Source of the DNA: Octopus vulgaris
Taxonomy: Eukaryota
Reading direction: 5' to 3'
Length of the DNA stretch: 64,000 bases
NCBI GenBank assembly: GCA_951406725.2
Contig: OX597833.1
Coordinates: forward strand, 69,192,001 to 69,256,000
Below, one piece after another: positions 24,811 through 37,963 of this stretch (position 1 is the first letter of the stretch; the number at the start of each line of letters is the position of its first letter). The translations under genes were made by a program, and so were the position numbers. A model generated the notes under the pieces. The model was not told where the DNA came from and searched no databases. It worked only from the letters and a program-made list of their open reading frames with translations.

Positions 24811-25969
24811 TATACATACACATACCCATATACATATATACATATATATAAATACGTTACATTTTAAGTAGATAATGTGCACACCATCCTTGACCTTATG
24901 CAGCACGTTACTCAGTCCTAAACTCATGAGGCTTACTAAATGTAAAGGCAAACAGGGACAGTCTGATTAAGAGATATTTCGAATGAGAGTTACCAACATT
25001 TAACAACTGCAATGTGGTTGGTACTAAAACCAGTCATTCATGAGAGTATTGTTGTAAATGATAGAACAATTGAAACCATAACGTATGTAAATATGTCGTG
25101 AAACATAAAATCTGGCGCTTGCAAATCTCTCTTATATACCAACACATAGTAGGGGTGACGCATGTTATTTGAACCTGTCGAAACATTGTCCAAGTCAGGT
25201 GCCGATATAGGTTTCCAAAATATATCCGTGTATTATATCTTTTGGAACATCAGAGGAGCGATATGGTCAATAAATTGAAGTCTTACTTAGTCTGTTTCTG
25301 AATTATTGTTGATAAACGTGGAGCAGTTAAATATTAGGGTCAACAAATGGGATTTATGCTCCTTATTATTCTGAGAAATTCATTTAACGAAAACACCGCA
25401 GAGAATAGAAGATCTCAGCAACACTTCAGAAGAGAAGGAGGGAAAAAGAAAGAGAGGAAATGCAGAAGGAAAGAAATTAAATAAAATAGAAAGAAAGCAA
25501 TATTCACGAGGACAGCAATCTTCATTTATAAATGCTTAATTACAAACAGAATAGAATAATTATAATCGACGAAGTGGACTACACTATTGACCAGAAGACG
25601 GTGTTGATCTAATCATAGAATTGTTTATACCAGTCTAATGGAAGTAGCTGAGGCTATAACCAACGTCAACATAAAAGATAAAAAGGACAGACATTTATAT
25701 CAATTAATCGAAATTTAGAACGATAATATTGCTGCTACGAGTTTACGAGTCCAAAGAAAAAAACAGAAGCGGTAGTCGCATTAAGAAAAACGGAAAACCA
25801 AGAATTCCAACGTTTTTATTAGCTAATATTGACACATTACAACTGAGAATAAAGCAACTCAATTAATATCATATAGGTTAAGTATAGAGGACTGGGGTGT
25901 ATTAAGAAATTGTTTGAAAGAAGTCTGGGAGGAGGGGCTTTGTGTATTGTATTTATATTATATGTAATT

Positions 25970-26280
25970 GTGGAAGCGCAATGACCTAGTGGTTAGGGCA
26001 GCGGACTCGCGGTCGTAGGATCGCTGTTTCGATTCCCAGACCGGGCGTTGTGAGCGTTTATTGAACGAAAACACCTAAAACTCCACGAGGCTCCGGCAGG
26101 GGGTGGTGGCCATCCCTGCTGTGCTCTTTCGCCACAACTTCCTCTCATTCTTTCTTCAGTTGGCCTGCTCGCTTAGCCAGCGGGGTGGCGTCATTTGAAG
26201 GCTAAAACAATGCGAAGCACATTGTGACCAGCGATGTGTAACAACATCTGATGGCCTGGTCGGTCACGGTGATCACGGTG
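25970..26280 (+). mobile_element. SINE family A with tail type 1, full length with TSD
   Basis: tRNA-like head, tail ending (CACGGTGAT)2, and 13-bp TSD ATTATATGTAATT at 25957-25969 and 26281-26293. Confidence 0.95.
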
Positions 26281-27175
26281 ATTATATGTAATTATTGAAC
26301 TATGTTGTTGTTTGTAATGGACTGCTAAGTCCAAAAATTGAAAAGTTGTAAAAGTTGTAAGAGGTTTAATACTTCGTTTTGTGATTGGTTTTAAAGAACA
26401 ATGTTTTAGAGAAGCAGGCGCTTTTTGTCTTCTCTCTCATCCTTATCATCTTTCTTTCATTATCATTCATTTCATTAATGTCCTTGTCGTCCAGCCCGCA
26501 AAGCCTTTATGGCAAATGTAATGAAATAAAGAAATTGTTTGAAAGAATTATACAGAATTGTAAAGTCTATGAATGTTGAAAGAATTTATAAGGATCATAA
26601 AGAATTGCAAAGGACATAACCAAGTTGGATGAAGCAAGTAGTATCAAGATTTCACCTAAAGACAGACAGAACGGATTTTATAAAATAGATATACACGTAT
26701 GTATATGAGAGAGAGAGTGTGTGAACATTACTCCAAGAAAGATAGTGTGAGAGATATTACTCACAGTATTTTTTGGTGCATGGTAGTCTCCATATGTAAA
26801 AATAAATGACACACCCACATTCCCTTTCCAATTTGAAGCCATTCATATGAAGTGCAGCCTACGTTTTTACTCAGTGTATGAGAATATGTGCCCTGACGTC
26901 CCATCTGAAAGATGTCACATTTAACATTATATTTTACAGAATAGCGGAATTTCAGGTTCTTCCATATTAAATAGATTTAATAAAATTCAGTTTATCAAAA
27001 ACGACTGAATTAATAACATAGAAATTTGGCAAAGTTTATTAAATTATATGTTGCATGGAATTATTTATTAATATTTTCCAATAGTTTTCATTTCTTACTC
27101 CGTTGAGAGATGTATGCGCTCATTCGTTTTCAAGCAGCATCTGTTATAAAGTAAGTTAATATTGCTGTCTTATTT

Positions 27176-27249
<74 letters not shown>

Positions 27250-27367
27250 CATATATACATATATACATATATACATATATACATACATAAATATATACAT
27301 ATATACAAATATGTAAATATATATATAGTGATATATATATCAACTTCATTATATATGTATATATATG

Positions 27368-27450
<83 letters not shown>

Positions 27451-27489
27451 CATATATATATATATATATGTAAATATATAAAATATATG

Positions 27490-27522
<33 letters not shown>

Positions 27523-28189
27523 AGTCGTGCACATTTTTAACAATTTTTCTATAAACTAATTCATTATATGCTAGAAGTTATTAAAACGTAAGAATCTACG
27601 CAGAAATGAAAAGAAGAAGAATCTCTACATATTTATATCCAAATAGCATGTCCCTAAATTTTTCCCAAGTTGTTGCCCAATTCGTGCTTCATAGCTTCCA
27701 AAACTTTTAACAGAGTTTGCATATTTTCTTTCCCGAAGTTTCTACTGTGTACCAATACTCTATAGTGGATTAAATCTGAAATAATTTCTGTCGAAAGAAA
27801 ATTCTCACCTTTCTTTTTCTGTTCTCAAAACGTGTTTTATTTTTGCTTTATATTAGAAAATTAACCATGATGAAAAATTATGCTTAATTGTCCTTTTCTG
27901 GATGAAGTTGTTTTAGAAGTTTGAATTTACGTTTTTCCCTAGTTCTACTTATTTCCATATCAATAATTGAACGTTTATGCATTATAGCCACAACAGCAAT
28001 TTCAGATGAAAATTCACATGAAACCGCTTCTCACTCTAATTCACTTTTCAAACTTGTTGAAATAGAATGAAATGGGGATTAAGGCAGAAGCATTTGAAAC
28101 GTAAATCATTTTCCCATAGGGCGGGATAAACTAGAAAACCAGCGAAACAATCACATCCGAAAGTGCCAATCATCAAAAGTTCCAAAAGC

Positions 28190-28420
28190 TGCCATATTTT
28201 GGACCTACAATGTGCCGAGATCACCCCTGCAGGCAGGGAAAGATAGCAAGAAGCTATTTAATGGGTTTATGGACCGACGACATAAAAAAGAACAATGGAA
28301 AGAAAATATGATTTCGATTAATTGTATGAATACAGCACAACATAGCAGGGACTGGAAATTCGTTGGTATATCGATCACAAGTCACAAAGAGAGCACCGGG
28401 TTAATAAGTGATAAAGATTG
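28190..28420 (+). mobile_element. Possible APE-endonuclease relic of a LINE
   Basis: HIWTYNV..LQAGK resembles the 'I.TWNVR.L...GK' N-terminal motif. Heavily degraded. Confidence 0.3.
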
Positions 28421-28649
28421 CCCCACACAAGAGGTTGACTGTTAACTATTTATATATCCAGGAAGGCTTATATTCACTAATTACAATAAAGTAGAAGGTT
28501 TCATAATTCGGAACATATACCTTATAGTATATATGCTAGACCAAGCCTTAATGATGCGCCGAAACATAATCGTACGCACGGAAGCACATACAGTAAAGAT
28601 TCTTTGTGCGGGGAACTATGCGGTGTCTATTTTGTTCACGAGTCAAATT

Positions 28650-28815
28650 AATTTTCAATTCAATTCAATTCAATTTTTATTGGCTCGAAAAGCAAAAGCA
28701 AGATCATGTAGGGGGATAGGGAGTTATGTACAGGGAGGGTGGTCATACAAAGAGTTCAGGCCATTTCTGGTCAAGAGAGAATAAAACAGATTCCATGGTA
28801 GAGGTCTCTTACCTA
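28650..28815 (-). mobile_element. LINE 3'-UTR fragment with (ATTGA)n tail
   Basis: Minus strand ends ...TTTTCGAGCCAATAAAAATTGAATTGAATTGAA (AATAAA plus a short tandem tail). Confidence 0.45.
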
Positions 28816-29358
28816 ACATTCTATCTGAGGGAGGTCACACCAGAATCCATGTGACTGATAGGTACTTTTGAAAAATACACTGAAATGTCAGGCCTTTTAA
28901 AACTTGCTCTCGGCATTTGAAGCGGAATTTAAAATCTATTGACATGTTATAAACCATGACACACAACAAAATATATCACCAAAAGAAAAGTAATGAAGGT
29001 AAACGTCTATGCTGGTGGAAACAGTAAGACAAAGCCAGAATGTTCACTGTAATTAATCTGTTGCATCTACCATTCAGCAAGATGTCTATTTTGTAATAAT
29101 TATTTTTCTGACTATGGCCGAAAGAAATTTGCGTCACGGAACTGGAAACACGGGCTTCGACAATTTATCAAAGCTCGGTTGGATAATTATATAATTAAGA
29201 ATCGTTTCAAAATCTCCGCAATTAAACATTCCATCACATTCTTTCTAACCGAACTGTCTACCTTTGCCATTCTCTCTCTCTCTTTCTCTGTCTCTCTCTC
29301 TGTCTCTCTCTCACTGTCTCTCTTTCTCTCACTCTCTCTCTCTATGCACATGCACATA

Positions 29359-29404
<46 letters not shown>

Positions 29405-29409
29405 TGAAT

Positions 29410-29600
29410 GCATGTATATATATATGTGTGTGTATGTGTTTGACCCTCATCATCGTTTGCCAACCAATGTTGGTGTGTTTACGTCCGCGTAACCTAGCGG
29501 TTTGGTAAAGGAGTCCGATGGAATAGGTATTAGGCTTACAGAGAATAAGTCCTGATATCAAGTGACAGAAACAGGTAAAAGAATAGAAGAATGAAAAGAA
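29410..29600 (+). mobile_element. SINE family C (OK-like), 3' half
   Basis: GGTGTGTTTACGTCCGCGTAACCTAGCGGTT...AAACAGGTAAAAGAATA matches the 33168 copy. Confidence 0.75.
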
Positions 29601-30135
29601 TATATATATATACATATATATATATATACATTGATACATAGATAGATACATACATACATACACACACACACACTCCCACACACACGCACACACACACGCA
29701 CACACACAAACACATGCACACGCAAATGCACGTATATATATATATATGATCTTTTGATGCTATTATATATAGCTCTTACAGCATTTCTTTGATCACAAGT
29801 CCGCTTGATTAGCATTGAAATTCGGCGAAACAATAAGATTTGTCTTTAATTGTTTGTTTTTCACATCTAATTCGGCTTATAGCCACCATCAAACAATCTA
29901 TATATCTCTCTCTAGATAGACTTCTAACCTAAATAATTAACCGTATTTTCCAGAATGGTCTGGAATATTTCTACTGACAGACAAGCATCGAAGCCCAGTT
30001 TGTCTCTATACAGGTAAGGGGACTCTACACGTGAGATGATGTGGTTTAAAATGTTCGATGCTTTTCTTGCTAGCGTGCTCATATGAAGTAAAAAAAAACC
30101 AAAAAAACAAAAATAATAATAATAATAATAATTTG

Positions 30136-30365
30136 TTTCTTTACTACCCACAAGGGGCTAAACACAGAAGGGAACAAACAAGGACAGACGAACGGATTAA
30201 GTCGATTACATCGACCCCAGTGCGTAACTGGTACTTAATTTATCGACCCCGAAAGGATGAAAGGGAAAGTCGACCTCGGCGGAATTTGAACTCACAACGT
30301 AACGGCAGACGAAATACGGCTAAGCATTTCGCCCGGCGTGCTAACGTTTCTGCCAGCTCGCCGCC
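30136..30365 (-). mobile_element. SINE family B, full-length monomer within (AAT)n
   Basis: Minus strand GGCGGCGAGCTGGCAGAAACGTTAGC...GAGTTCAAATTCC...GTGGGTAGTAAAGAAA. Confidence 0.93.
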
Positions 30366-31354
30366 AATAATAATAATAGCTATACCCTGGTGGCGCCCAG
30401 AAGAGTCTGATATAAGATAGGCGCAAAGAAAAGGTAATAAGTGTAAAATGAGTGAGGACCCATAGAGGAGTAAAAGAAAAGCCAGCTCAAAGAGCAGATA
30501 CCATTATCGTAGCGACCGAAAAGACATAACCACGGAACCGTACGTCACAAGGCCAGAGATTGGGCTAAATAGTTGTGTGTGTGGGGGAGGGTTCAGTGTC
30601 TATATGTGATTGTGTTTGTATGATTCTTACGATGTCAGTTGGAATGTCAATAGTTTCAAAGATCTTTCACATTCCTATCGGTGGGGACGACTACAAAGTG
30701 GCTAAATCTCCCAAGGGCCGGAAAAAATGCTATGCGTTATTTCTTCCGGCTATTTACGTTGTGAAGACAGATTTTAACTGAAGGAAATTCAAGAATTTAG
30801 TGCCCAAGCTACTTTCAAGTATCCATAAACAGATGGAAAATTTAAAGGATGTTGGTAGCGGTTGCCGTTGCAGGAGCTTGTTAGATGCGGGTCGCAAGGG
30901 AGATACGCAAATAATAATCTGTTGTTGGCACTGGAAGTATTTCTTGTGTTTTAAAAGAAATGATAATGTTAGGAATACAGCTTATGTTATACGATACTTA
31001 CGCGTAATGATTATTAACTATGAGACCAGGAATTTGAAGTATTGTTGGTCAGGCCAGAGAAGTGATTTTGATGGGATATTTGCGTGTTGGAGATACGGGG
31101 AGTGTTAGATGCAATGGCAATTTCAAGTGATTGTGTACTCATTCAAATGGATGAATACCTATTTTGATCTTTGTAGAGACCAATGTGAAAATTCTATTTG
31201 GAATTTTCTAAAATTTTCCTTCGGTTACATCTCATACATGTCTTTAAATTTGCCGTTGAAAATCATTTTAACTGACGTAATAAACATTCGGGATTACACC
31301 GATATCTGCATATTGCATAAACTGATTAAGGAAAACACCGAAATTAACACTAAA

Positions 31355-31492
31355 CGAGGCTCTGTGGTAAGTAGCTTGCATACTGACCACATGGTTCCGG
31401 GTTCAGTCCCATTGCATGGCATCTTGGGTAAGTGTCTTCTACTATAGCCTCGTGTGTGGATTTGTTAGACGGAAACTGAAAGAAACCCGTCG

Positions 31493-31500
<8 letters not shown>
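31355..31500 (+). mobile_element. SINE family C, 5' half
   Basis: GTGGTAAGTAGCTTGC...CCACATGGTTCCGGGTTCAGTCCC...GACGGAAACTGAAAGAAACCCGTCG. Confidence 0.85.
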
Positions 31501-31536
<36 letters not shown>

Positions 31537-31585
31537 CATACACACACACACACACAAACATATATGCATATATTTATGCATACAT

Positions 31586-31629
<44 letters not shown>

Positions 31630-32246
31630 ACTAACACACACACCCATATATATATATCTATACATGTAGTTAAAGAGAGAAACAGACAGACGGAGGGAGA
31701 GAGAGAGAGAAATCGCGAAGAGACAGAGAAATTCAGACGCAACGATATAAATGTTATATACCAAAAAAAAAAACTGGGCCTCACAAATATGTTGCGGTTT
31801 TGTAAAAGTGAATTCAAAGCAGAAATATTTTCTTCAGACCTCATTCCCAGAAGAGCCAGACATTGAGATACTGAGTCGTAAAAACTCGCCTATTTCATTA
31901 ATTTATTAATAAAAACCTTACGTTATATTAATAGCTTAATTATACATATACCCCTAAAAAGCCACTACCATATTTGAATAGGGTAATATAGTCTTAATAT
32001 AATTTACTTAAAACGCGTTGTATGCTTTGATATTGCAGTGTAGGCACTGATATAGATAATGTGATTAATTAATAAACATCTTTTGGAGATATTTACTCTT
32101 AATGATTAATGGTAAGTCAATGTATTTAGAGCTCACACAAATATACGTATTTATTTAGTGAGTCTGTCAATGAATACAAATATTGATATTCTAGTCGATG
32201 TATTAACTTTCATCTATATCGTTGCGTGTGTGGACCTCTGTATATG

Positions 32247-32283
<37 letters not shown>

Positions 32284-32575
32284 ATGAGTATATGGGAGTG
32301 TTTTTGATAGGTACATAAGGCTCAAGGTATTGAGAACGATTTCAAAGGACGAAATGCAAGGCAAACATGGCGGAGCGTTTATCGATCAAAAGGAAATGAA
32401 AATCAATACAGATATAACAAAAGATGGGAAAATGAAATTTTAAAAACGATCAAGAAGAATTATAACCTTTCGGGGTTAACTTCATACAAAATAATCCGGA
32501 TTACTTTACCGTTTCTAAGGCATCGAACTGTCCTCCTCCATTTTTGGCGTCTTTAGTCTACAAGCACATGCAGGG

Positions 32576-32965
32576 TGGATGGAAGGACTCCGTCGGTTAC
32601 GACGATGAGGGTTCCGGTTGATCCGAATCAACGGAACAGCCTGCTCGTGAAATTAACGTGTAAGTAGCTGAGCACTCCACAGAGACGTGCACCATTAACG
32701 TAGTTCTCGGGGATATTCAGCGTGACACAGAGAGTGACAAGGCCGGCCCTTTGAAATACAGGTACAACAGAAACAGGATGTAAGTGTGAGAGAAAGTTGT
32801 GGTGAAAGAGTACAGCAGGGATCACCACCATCCCCTGCCGGAGCCTCGTGGAGCTTTTAGGTGTTTTCGCTCAATAAACACTCACAACGCCCGGTCTGGG
32901 AATCGAAACCGCGATCCTACGACCGCGAGTCCGCTGCCCTAACCACTGGGCCATTGCGCCTCCAC
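32576..32965 (-). mobile_element. SINE family A with tail type 2, full length with TSD
   Basis: Same head and core as 25970 but an unrelated 3' tail. ATGCAGGG is duplicated at 32568-32575 and 32969-32976. Confidence 0.93.
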
Positions 32966-33167
32966 TAAATGCAGGGAAGGCCTACTCAGACGCCCCATTC
33001 TTACCATTCTCGTCCACCTTTCGATTAACACACAATAAGAAAACATTACTCTTTTTACTCAAGCCCTGATCTTCAACAGATACTTGAAGAGGTTACTCTG
33101 AGTTTGGCCAGAAAGCAAAAGGCATGTCTTGAAACATTTCAATCGCGTCTCCAACGCCATTTTCGTA

Positions 33168-33573
33168 CTCTCTCTTTACTCTTTTACTTGTTTTAGGCAT
33201 TTGACTGCGGCCATGCTGGAGCACCACCTTAAGTCGAGCAAATCAACCCCGAGACTTATTCTTTGTAAGCCCAGTACTTATTCTATCGGTCTCTTTTGCC
33301 GAACCGCTAAGTGACGGGGACGTAAACACACCATCATCGGTTGTCAAGCAATGCTAGGGGGACAAACACAAATATATACACACACATGCATATATAAATA
33401 TACATATATACGACAGGCTTCTTTCAGTTTCCGTCTACCAAACCCACTCACAAGGCATTGGTCGGCCCGAGGCTATAGCAGAAGACTCTTGCCCAAGATG
33501 CCACGCAGTAGGACTGAACCCGGAACCATGTGGTTGGTAAGTAAGCTACTTACCACACAGCCACTCCTGCGCC
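33168..33573 (-). mobile_element. SINE family C (OK-like), full length with internal microsatellite
   Basis: Head GGCGCAGGAGTGGCTGTGTGGTAAGTAG...GGTTCAGTCC, internal (TA)/(TG) tract, tail ...AACAAGTAAAAGAGTAAAGAG. Confidence 0.92.
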
Positions 33574-33624
33574 TAAAAACATCCAATCATTCACTAGATC
33601 AGTGGTTCCCATGTGACCTTTATA

Positions 33625-34133
33625 TTGGGTTATCCGGAAAGTTCGTGCTGATTTTTAAAGGAAAGAAAAAGGTCAATAAATACTTGCCATTACATTTTTA
33701 ATCAACCAAATACGAACCATTTTGTTGCAAATTGAATCTCCATCTTTCCTTTCACTTGAAAATACCCTCTTCCCAGAATTGAGGTGGTTTCATGGCAAAG
33801 AATTCATCAAGGTATCTTTTTATGTCATCTAAGGAATTGAAATTTTTACCATTAAGACTATTCTGCAGAGACCTGAGTAAGTGGAAATCCGAAGTAGCAA
33901 TATCTGGTGAATATGGAGGGTGGGGTAACACATCCCAGCCGAGCTGCAGCAATTTTTGTCTGGTTCCCAAAGCATCAAGTGCCGAAAATGAACTTTCTTA
34001 TCTTACATTTTAAAAGGTTACAGAATTAACACAGGTTATAGGAACATAAACCTTCTTCCACGAAAAGATAGCTTCTAAAATAAGTCGAAATGTAAAATAC
34101 TATAAATCGGTACGAACTTTCCGGACAACCCAA
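33625..34133 (-). mobile_element. Internally deleted mariner element with TIRs and TA TSD
   Basis: TIRs TTGGGTTATCCGGAAAGTTCGTGCTGATTT and AAATCGGTACGAACTTTCCGGACAACCCAA. ORF relic LGWDVLPHPPYSPDIATSDFHLLRSLQNSL. Confidence 0.93.
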
Positions 34134-35234
34134 TATTTCATGGACCCTGAGTAGATAAAAGGCAATGTCGACGACCTCGACAAAATTTGAACTGAGATCG
34201 TAGAGCCGGAAGAAATAGCGCTAAATATTTATGCACAGCACGGTAACGATTCTGCTGCCACACTGCCTTTGGTCGGCCATGAATAACAATAATAATAATA
34301 ATAATAATCTAGGCGCTGAGTGTATGATGATCAATCAAGAGATAAGAATGCATTTTGGAAAGTAAGAATAGGTCAAGAAATACAATACAACGTGAAAATG
34401 ATTTTCGTTATCCGAAAGGCTTTTAACAGTTTAAGCATCTACCTAAATATGCAATATATTGAACAAGACATTTTAAAGACTATAATGCGTGTTGCTGACA
34501 TAAATTGTCTCCGGATCATTGTTTTTAGATAAGCAAATCAATAAGATTTTTGTAAAGCCAGTAGTTATATTGTATATAGCAATTCAAAAATCTATTATCG
34601 TATTTAATACAGGATGTGGATATTTCGTTGATATTTAAAACGACTTTCTTAGCCAGATTGTCAGAACGGCGATAATATCTTATTCAATATAAACTTGGTT
34701 ACACAGAATTGCCTTACGATATAATATATTCATAATTCAGAGTCTATTGTATTCGTTCATGTCAGAGAAATAAGCTATGCAATATCCTGAAACTGAATCT
34801 AACGGACAAACAGGAAAAAAAAAGAAAAAAAGAAAAAAGAAAAAATATATGGAATGTCATCATAATGTTTGGAAATCTTATTTGACAAGTTGTACAATGT
34901 TAGGTTAGTTTTGATAATTGACAGTATATATATTTCTATACCCTTCTTGGGTTGTTTAAAGTACCCCGCCTCCCAAACAAAAAACTTAAATGGTAATGGT
35001 GCGTGGAATACCTGATATAAAGCATAAAATAAATGACATTCCTTTAAGACTGCACTCCTGATCACACGAAAATAATCTGTACGTATGGATACGTATATGT
35101 AGGGATCTAAGTGTATTTATGTAGACATATCTGTGTGTCTGTGTATACACACACTCACACATACACACACATAGCTACGGCGGTACATATTCTAAATCCT
35201 CCTTGGTGTGAGACCAGACCGAATACATGATATC

Positions 35235-35313
<79 letters not shown>

Positions 35314-35465
35314 ATACTAAGTATGGGTATTTATTTCTTGGTGATATAAACGACTAGGTACGGTAGGTAAGTATTGTAGCAGTTGTAACAGATTACCAGG
35401 GTTCCAAGGTTAAAACCGAGACGGTAGTTATGGAGCCATTGTAGATTTCCGAATATATATATATA

Positions 35466-35545
<80 letters not shown>

Positions 35546-35546
<1 letters not shown>

Positions 35547-35711
35547 TTTATTTAAAGCAGCAGAAAATTCAACAAAACCTGTTACTCTGAGTTTCACGTT
35601 GCCGTTCATCGGACAGTTTTTGATAGAATTCTAGCAAAAACTGTCCGATGAACGGCAACGTGAAACTCAGAGCAACAGGTTTTGTTGAATTTTCTGCTGC
35701 TTTAAATAAAG
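35546..35711. mobile_element. Near-perfect 166-bp palindrome carrying two divergent hammerhead motifs, inserted in (TA)n
   Basis: No spacer (centre GAATTC at 35626-35631) and 2 mismatches. The right arm continues to about 35783. Confidence 0.85.
35579..35616 (-). ncRNA. Minimal type I hammerhead-like motif (U4C variant, GCAA tetraloop)
   Basis: CUGU-CCGAUGA-ACG GCAA CGU-GAAAC-UCAGA-GUA-ACAG. The plus-strand twin at 35641-35678 has GCA in place of GUA. Confidence 0.62.
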
Positions 35712-35780
35712 CATATTACTCTACCACTCGTATTTGAGTACTCTTTTTTCCACCTCGTTTCACATTTATGTGTTTACTCC

Positions 35781-35835
<55 letters not shown>

Positions 35836-36256
35836 GATTCGAGTTCTTCAAAACCATTCATTGGGTGGCATTATGTTTTGAAAAATCGGTATCCATCCAT
35901 ATAGAAAATCTGAAAATTTCCCTCCTCTCCTATAATATATAGCAGGGTGTTTTTCCTTTTCCTGCTGTTATTTATCTGTGAGTAGGAGAGATTTTTAGCA
36001 TTTCCATTGCCAACAAGGCTCTCTGCGGTGTGATTCTTTGCTTTCCTTGTTACTAGATAGATCTTTCATTATAGTAAAAGTCTAATAGCTGAAGTAGGTG
36101 GTTCCCTTGCGCTGTCTTTCCCATGTTTGATTGATAAGACTGTTATTCTTATCAGGATAAAAATGAGTATTATATCCGAGTTGAAATTGTATTTCAGTAT
36201 CTATATGTGTGTGTATGTATGTATGTGTTTATATGCTATACATATATATATGCATG

Positions 36257-36297
<41 letters not shown>

Positions 36298-36324
36298 ACA
36301 TACATACACGCATACATTCACATA

Positions 36325-36364
<40 letters not shown>

Positions 36365-36449
36365 TACATACACACACATACATATATTTATACACACACA
36401 CACATATATATGTACACACAGACATATATATACATATACACATTTACAA

Positions 36450-36490
<41 letters not shown>

Positions 36491-36784
36491 CATACATAAA
36501 TACATCTACACACACATATATACACACTCAATCACGCATGCACACATGACTGAACATATGCACATATGGCTGAAAATTATACTAAACAGAAAAAAAAACA
36601 AACGTCAGGGGTAGGTGTGGAAACAATAAAGTTGTATTAGATTCAGGCTCAGGAAAAATGGAAGAAGTGTTTAACATTTCTTTCCTACACTCGTCTACAG
36701 AAGAGAACAATACATACGTACAAGTGAATACATACCTACATACATATATGTATGCTTGCACGTATAATATGTGTGTACATATAC

Positions 36785-37120
36785 ATCAGGTTCGACCTTA
36801 ACAACCTTATGTGCGTGACGTCATGATCTCATATCGAGATAGACAGAGCGTGATCTTGCAAGTGGAGGCCAGTTAGAATTTTCTCCAGCTCGGATAGCCC
36901 AAAATGTCACTGAATAAGAGTTGTTCAATGATAATCAAACAAAACACCCATGTTTACACCGGTGAATTATCCAAACCCCAATGAATTCTTCTCAACAAAT
37001 AGCTATGATGCTACCCCACTTCTTCTGCACATATCGCCAGCCACTAAGGGACATGCTCAAACGGCTAAGGTCAAACAATTGACAAGAAAATCTGTAGTAT
37101 GGAGCAGAATATTTGCTGTA
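36785..37120. repeat. Interspersed repeat, related to 49752-50090
   Basis: Shares the blocks TGATCTCATATC.AGA.A.ACAG, GTTAGAATTTT, AAACACCCATGTTT and GCTATGATGCT. Confidence 0.75.
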
Positions 37121-37124
37121 ATCA

Positions 37125-37548
37125 GAGCTGGCAGAATTGTTAGCACGCCGGACAAAGTGCTTCACAGCATTTCGTTTGTTTCAATGTTCTGAGTTCAAAT
37201 TCCGCCGAGGCTTACTTCGTGTGTCATTTTTCGTGGTTGCTAAAAGAAACACCACTTGGAACAATGGTGTCCACGTAATCAGCCAGCCCACTCGCCCAAA
37301 TTTCAAGCAGTGTGCATATAGAAGAAAAGATTGATTATTAAGGTTGTGAACTCTCAGAATCGTTACAACACGGGACTAATAACTAAATTGCATGTCTTCT
37401 GTCTTTACGTCTTGAGCTTAAATGCAGTCCAGGACGGTTTAGTCTTTCATCTTTTCAGAAGTTGATAAAACACCATTGAATTAATGGGACGTATGTTATC
37501 CAATTTGGCGCCCCCCTCAAAAACTACTGGCTGGTGCTAAAATTAGAA
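37125..37548 (+). mobile_element. Two tandem degenerate SINE family B copies
   Basis: GAGCTGGCAGAATTGTTAGCACGCCGG...GAGTTCAAATTCCGCCGAGG, with a second more decayed copy from about 37338. Confidence 0.7.
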
Positions 37549-37552
37549 AACA

Positions 37553-37963
37553 CTAGCAGTATAGCCCTGCTTTGCTTGGGTTTGTTTTCATTTCGACCCT
37601 TTAGAATAGGAATTTTTCAAAAGTAAAACTTTTGCATTATGTAGCTTGTTATTCTCTTTAAGTGAACATTTTTCTGGTTGAAATGCACCGAAAAATGGCG
37701 ACACAGCAGTCAAAATATCGTAAAAAATAGGGATTTTCATAGAGAAAAAGCACCTTTTTGATGTAAATAATATTTGGTGTTAACATGGTCTGATTTGAAT
37801 TTGGTTTCTACGGAATGAAGAGCAAACCTTCTTCTATCATACTCTCAATTTTGGTCAACTTGCGCCGCAGGGTCTCGGAGGAGATAGTGTTAGTTGAAGG
37901 ATAGCAAACCTGCCTCACACACAAACAGACCACTTCAGCTTTATATATATGTATATAGATAGA
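37553..37963 (-). mobile_element. Non-autonomous Helitron
   Basis: Minus strand starts TC(TATC...ATAAAGCTGAAG) and ends CTAG, inserted between A and T without a TSD. A decayed subterminal hairpin CCCAAGCAAAGCAGGG lies about 10 nt before the end. Confidence 0.7.

Noticed and set aside
25970-26045. tRNA gene
   Set aside because: The tRNA-like A/B boxes continue into a SINE body with a TSD, and the acceptor stem is incomplete.
30620-31110. Possible LINE endonuclease relic (SWNVNS) and adjacent ORFs
   Set aside because: Only one short motif, with no other recognisable APE motifs.
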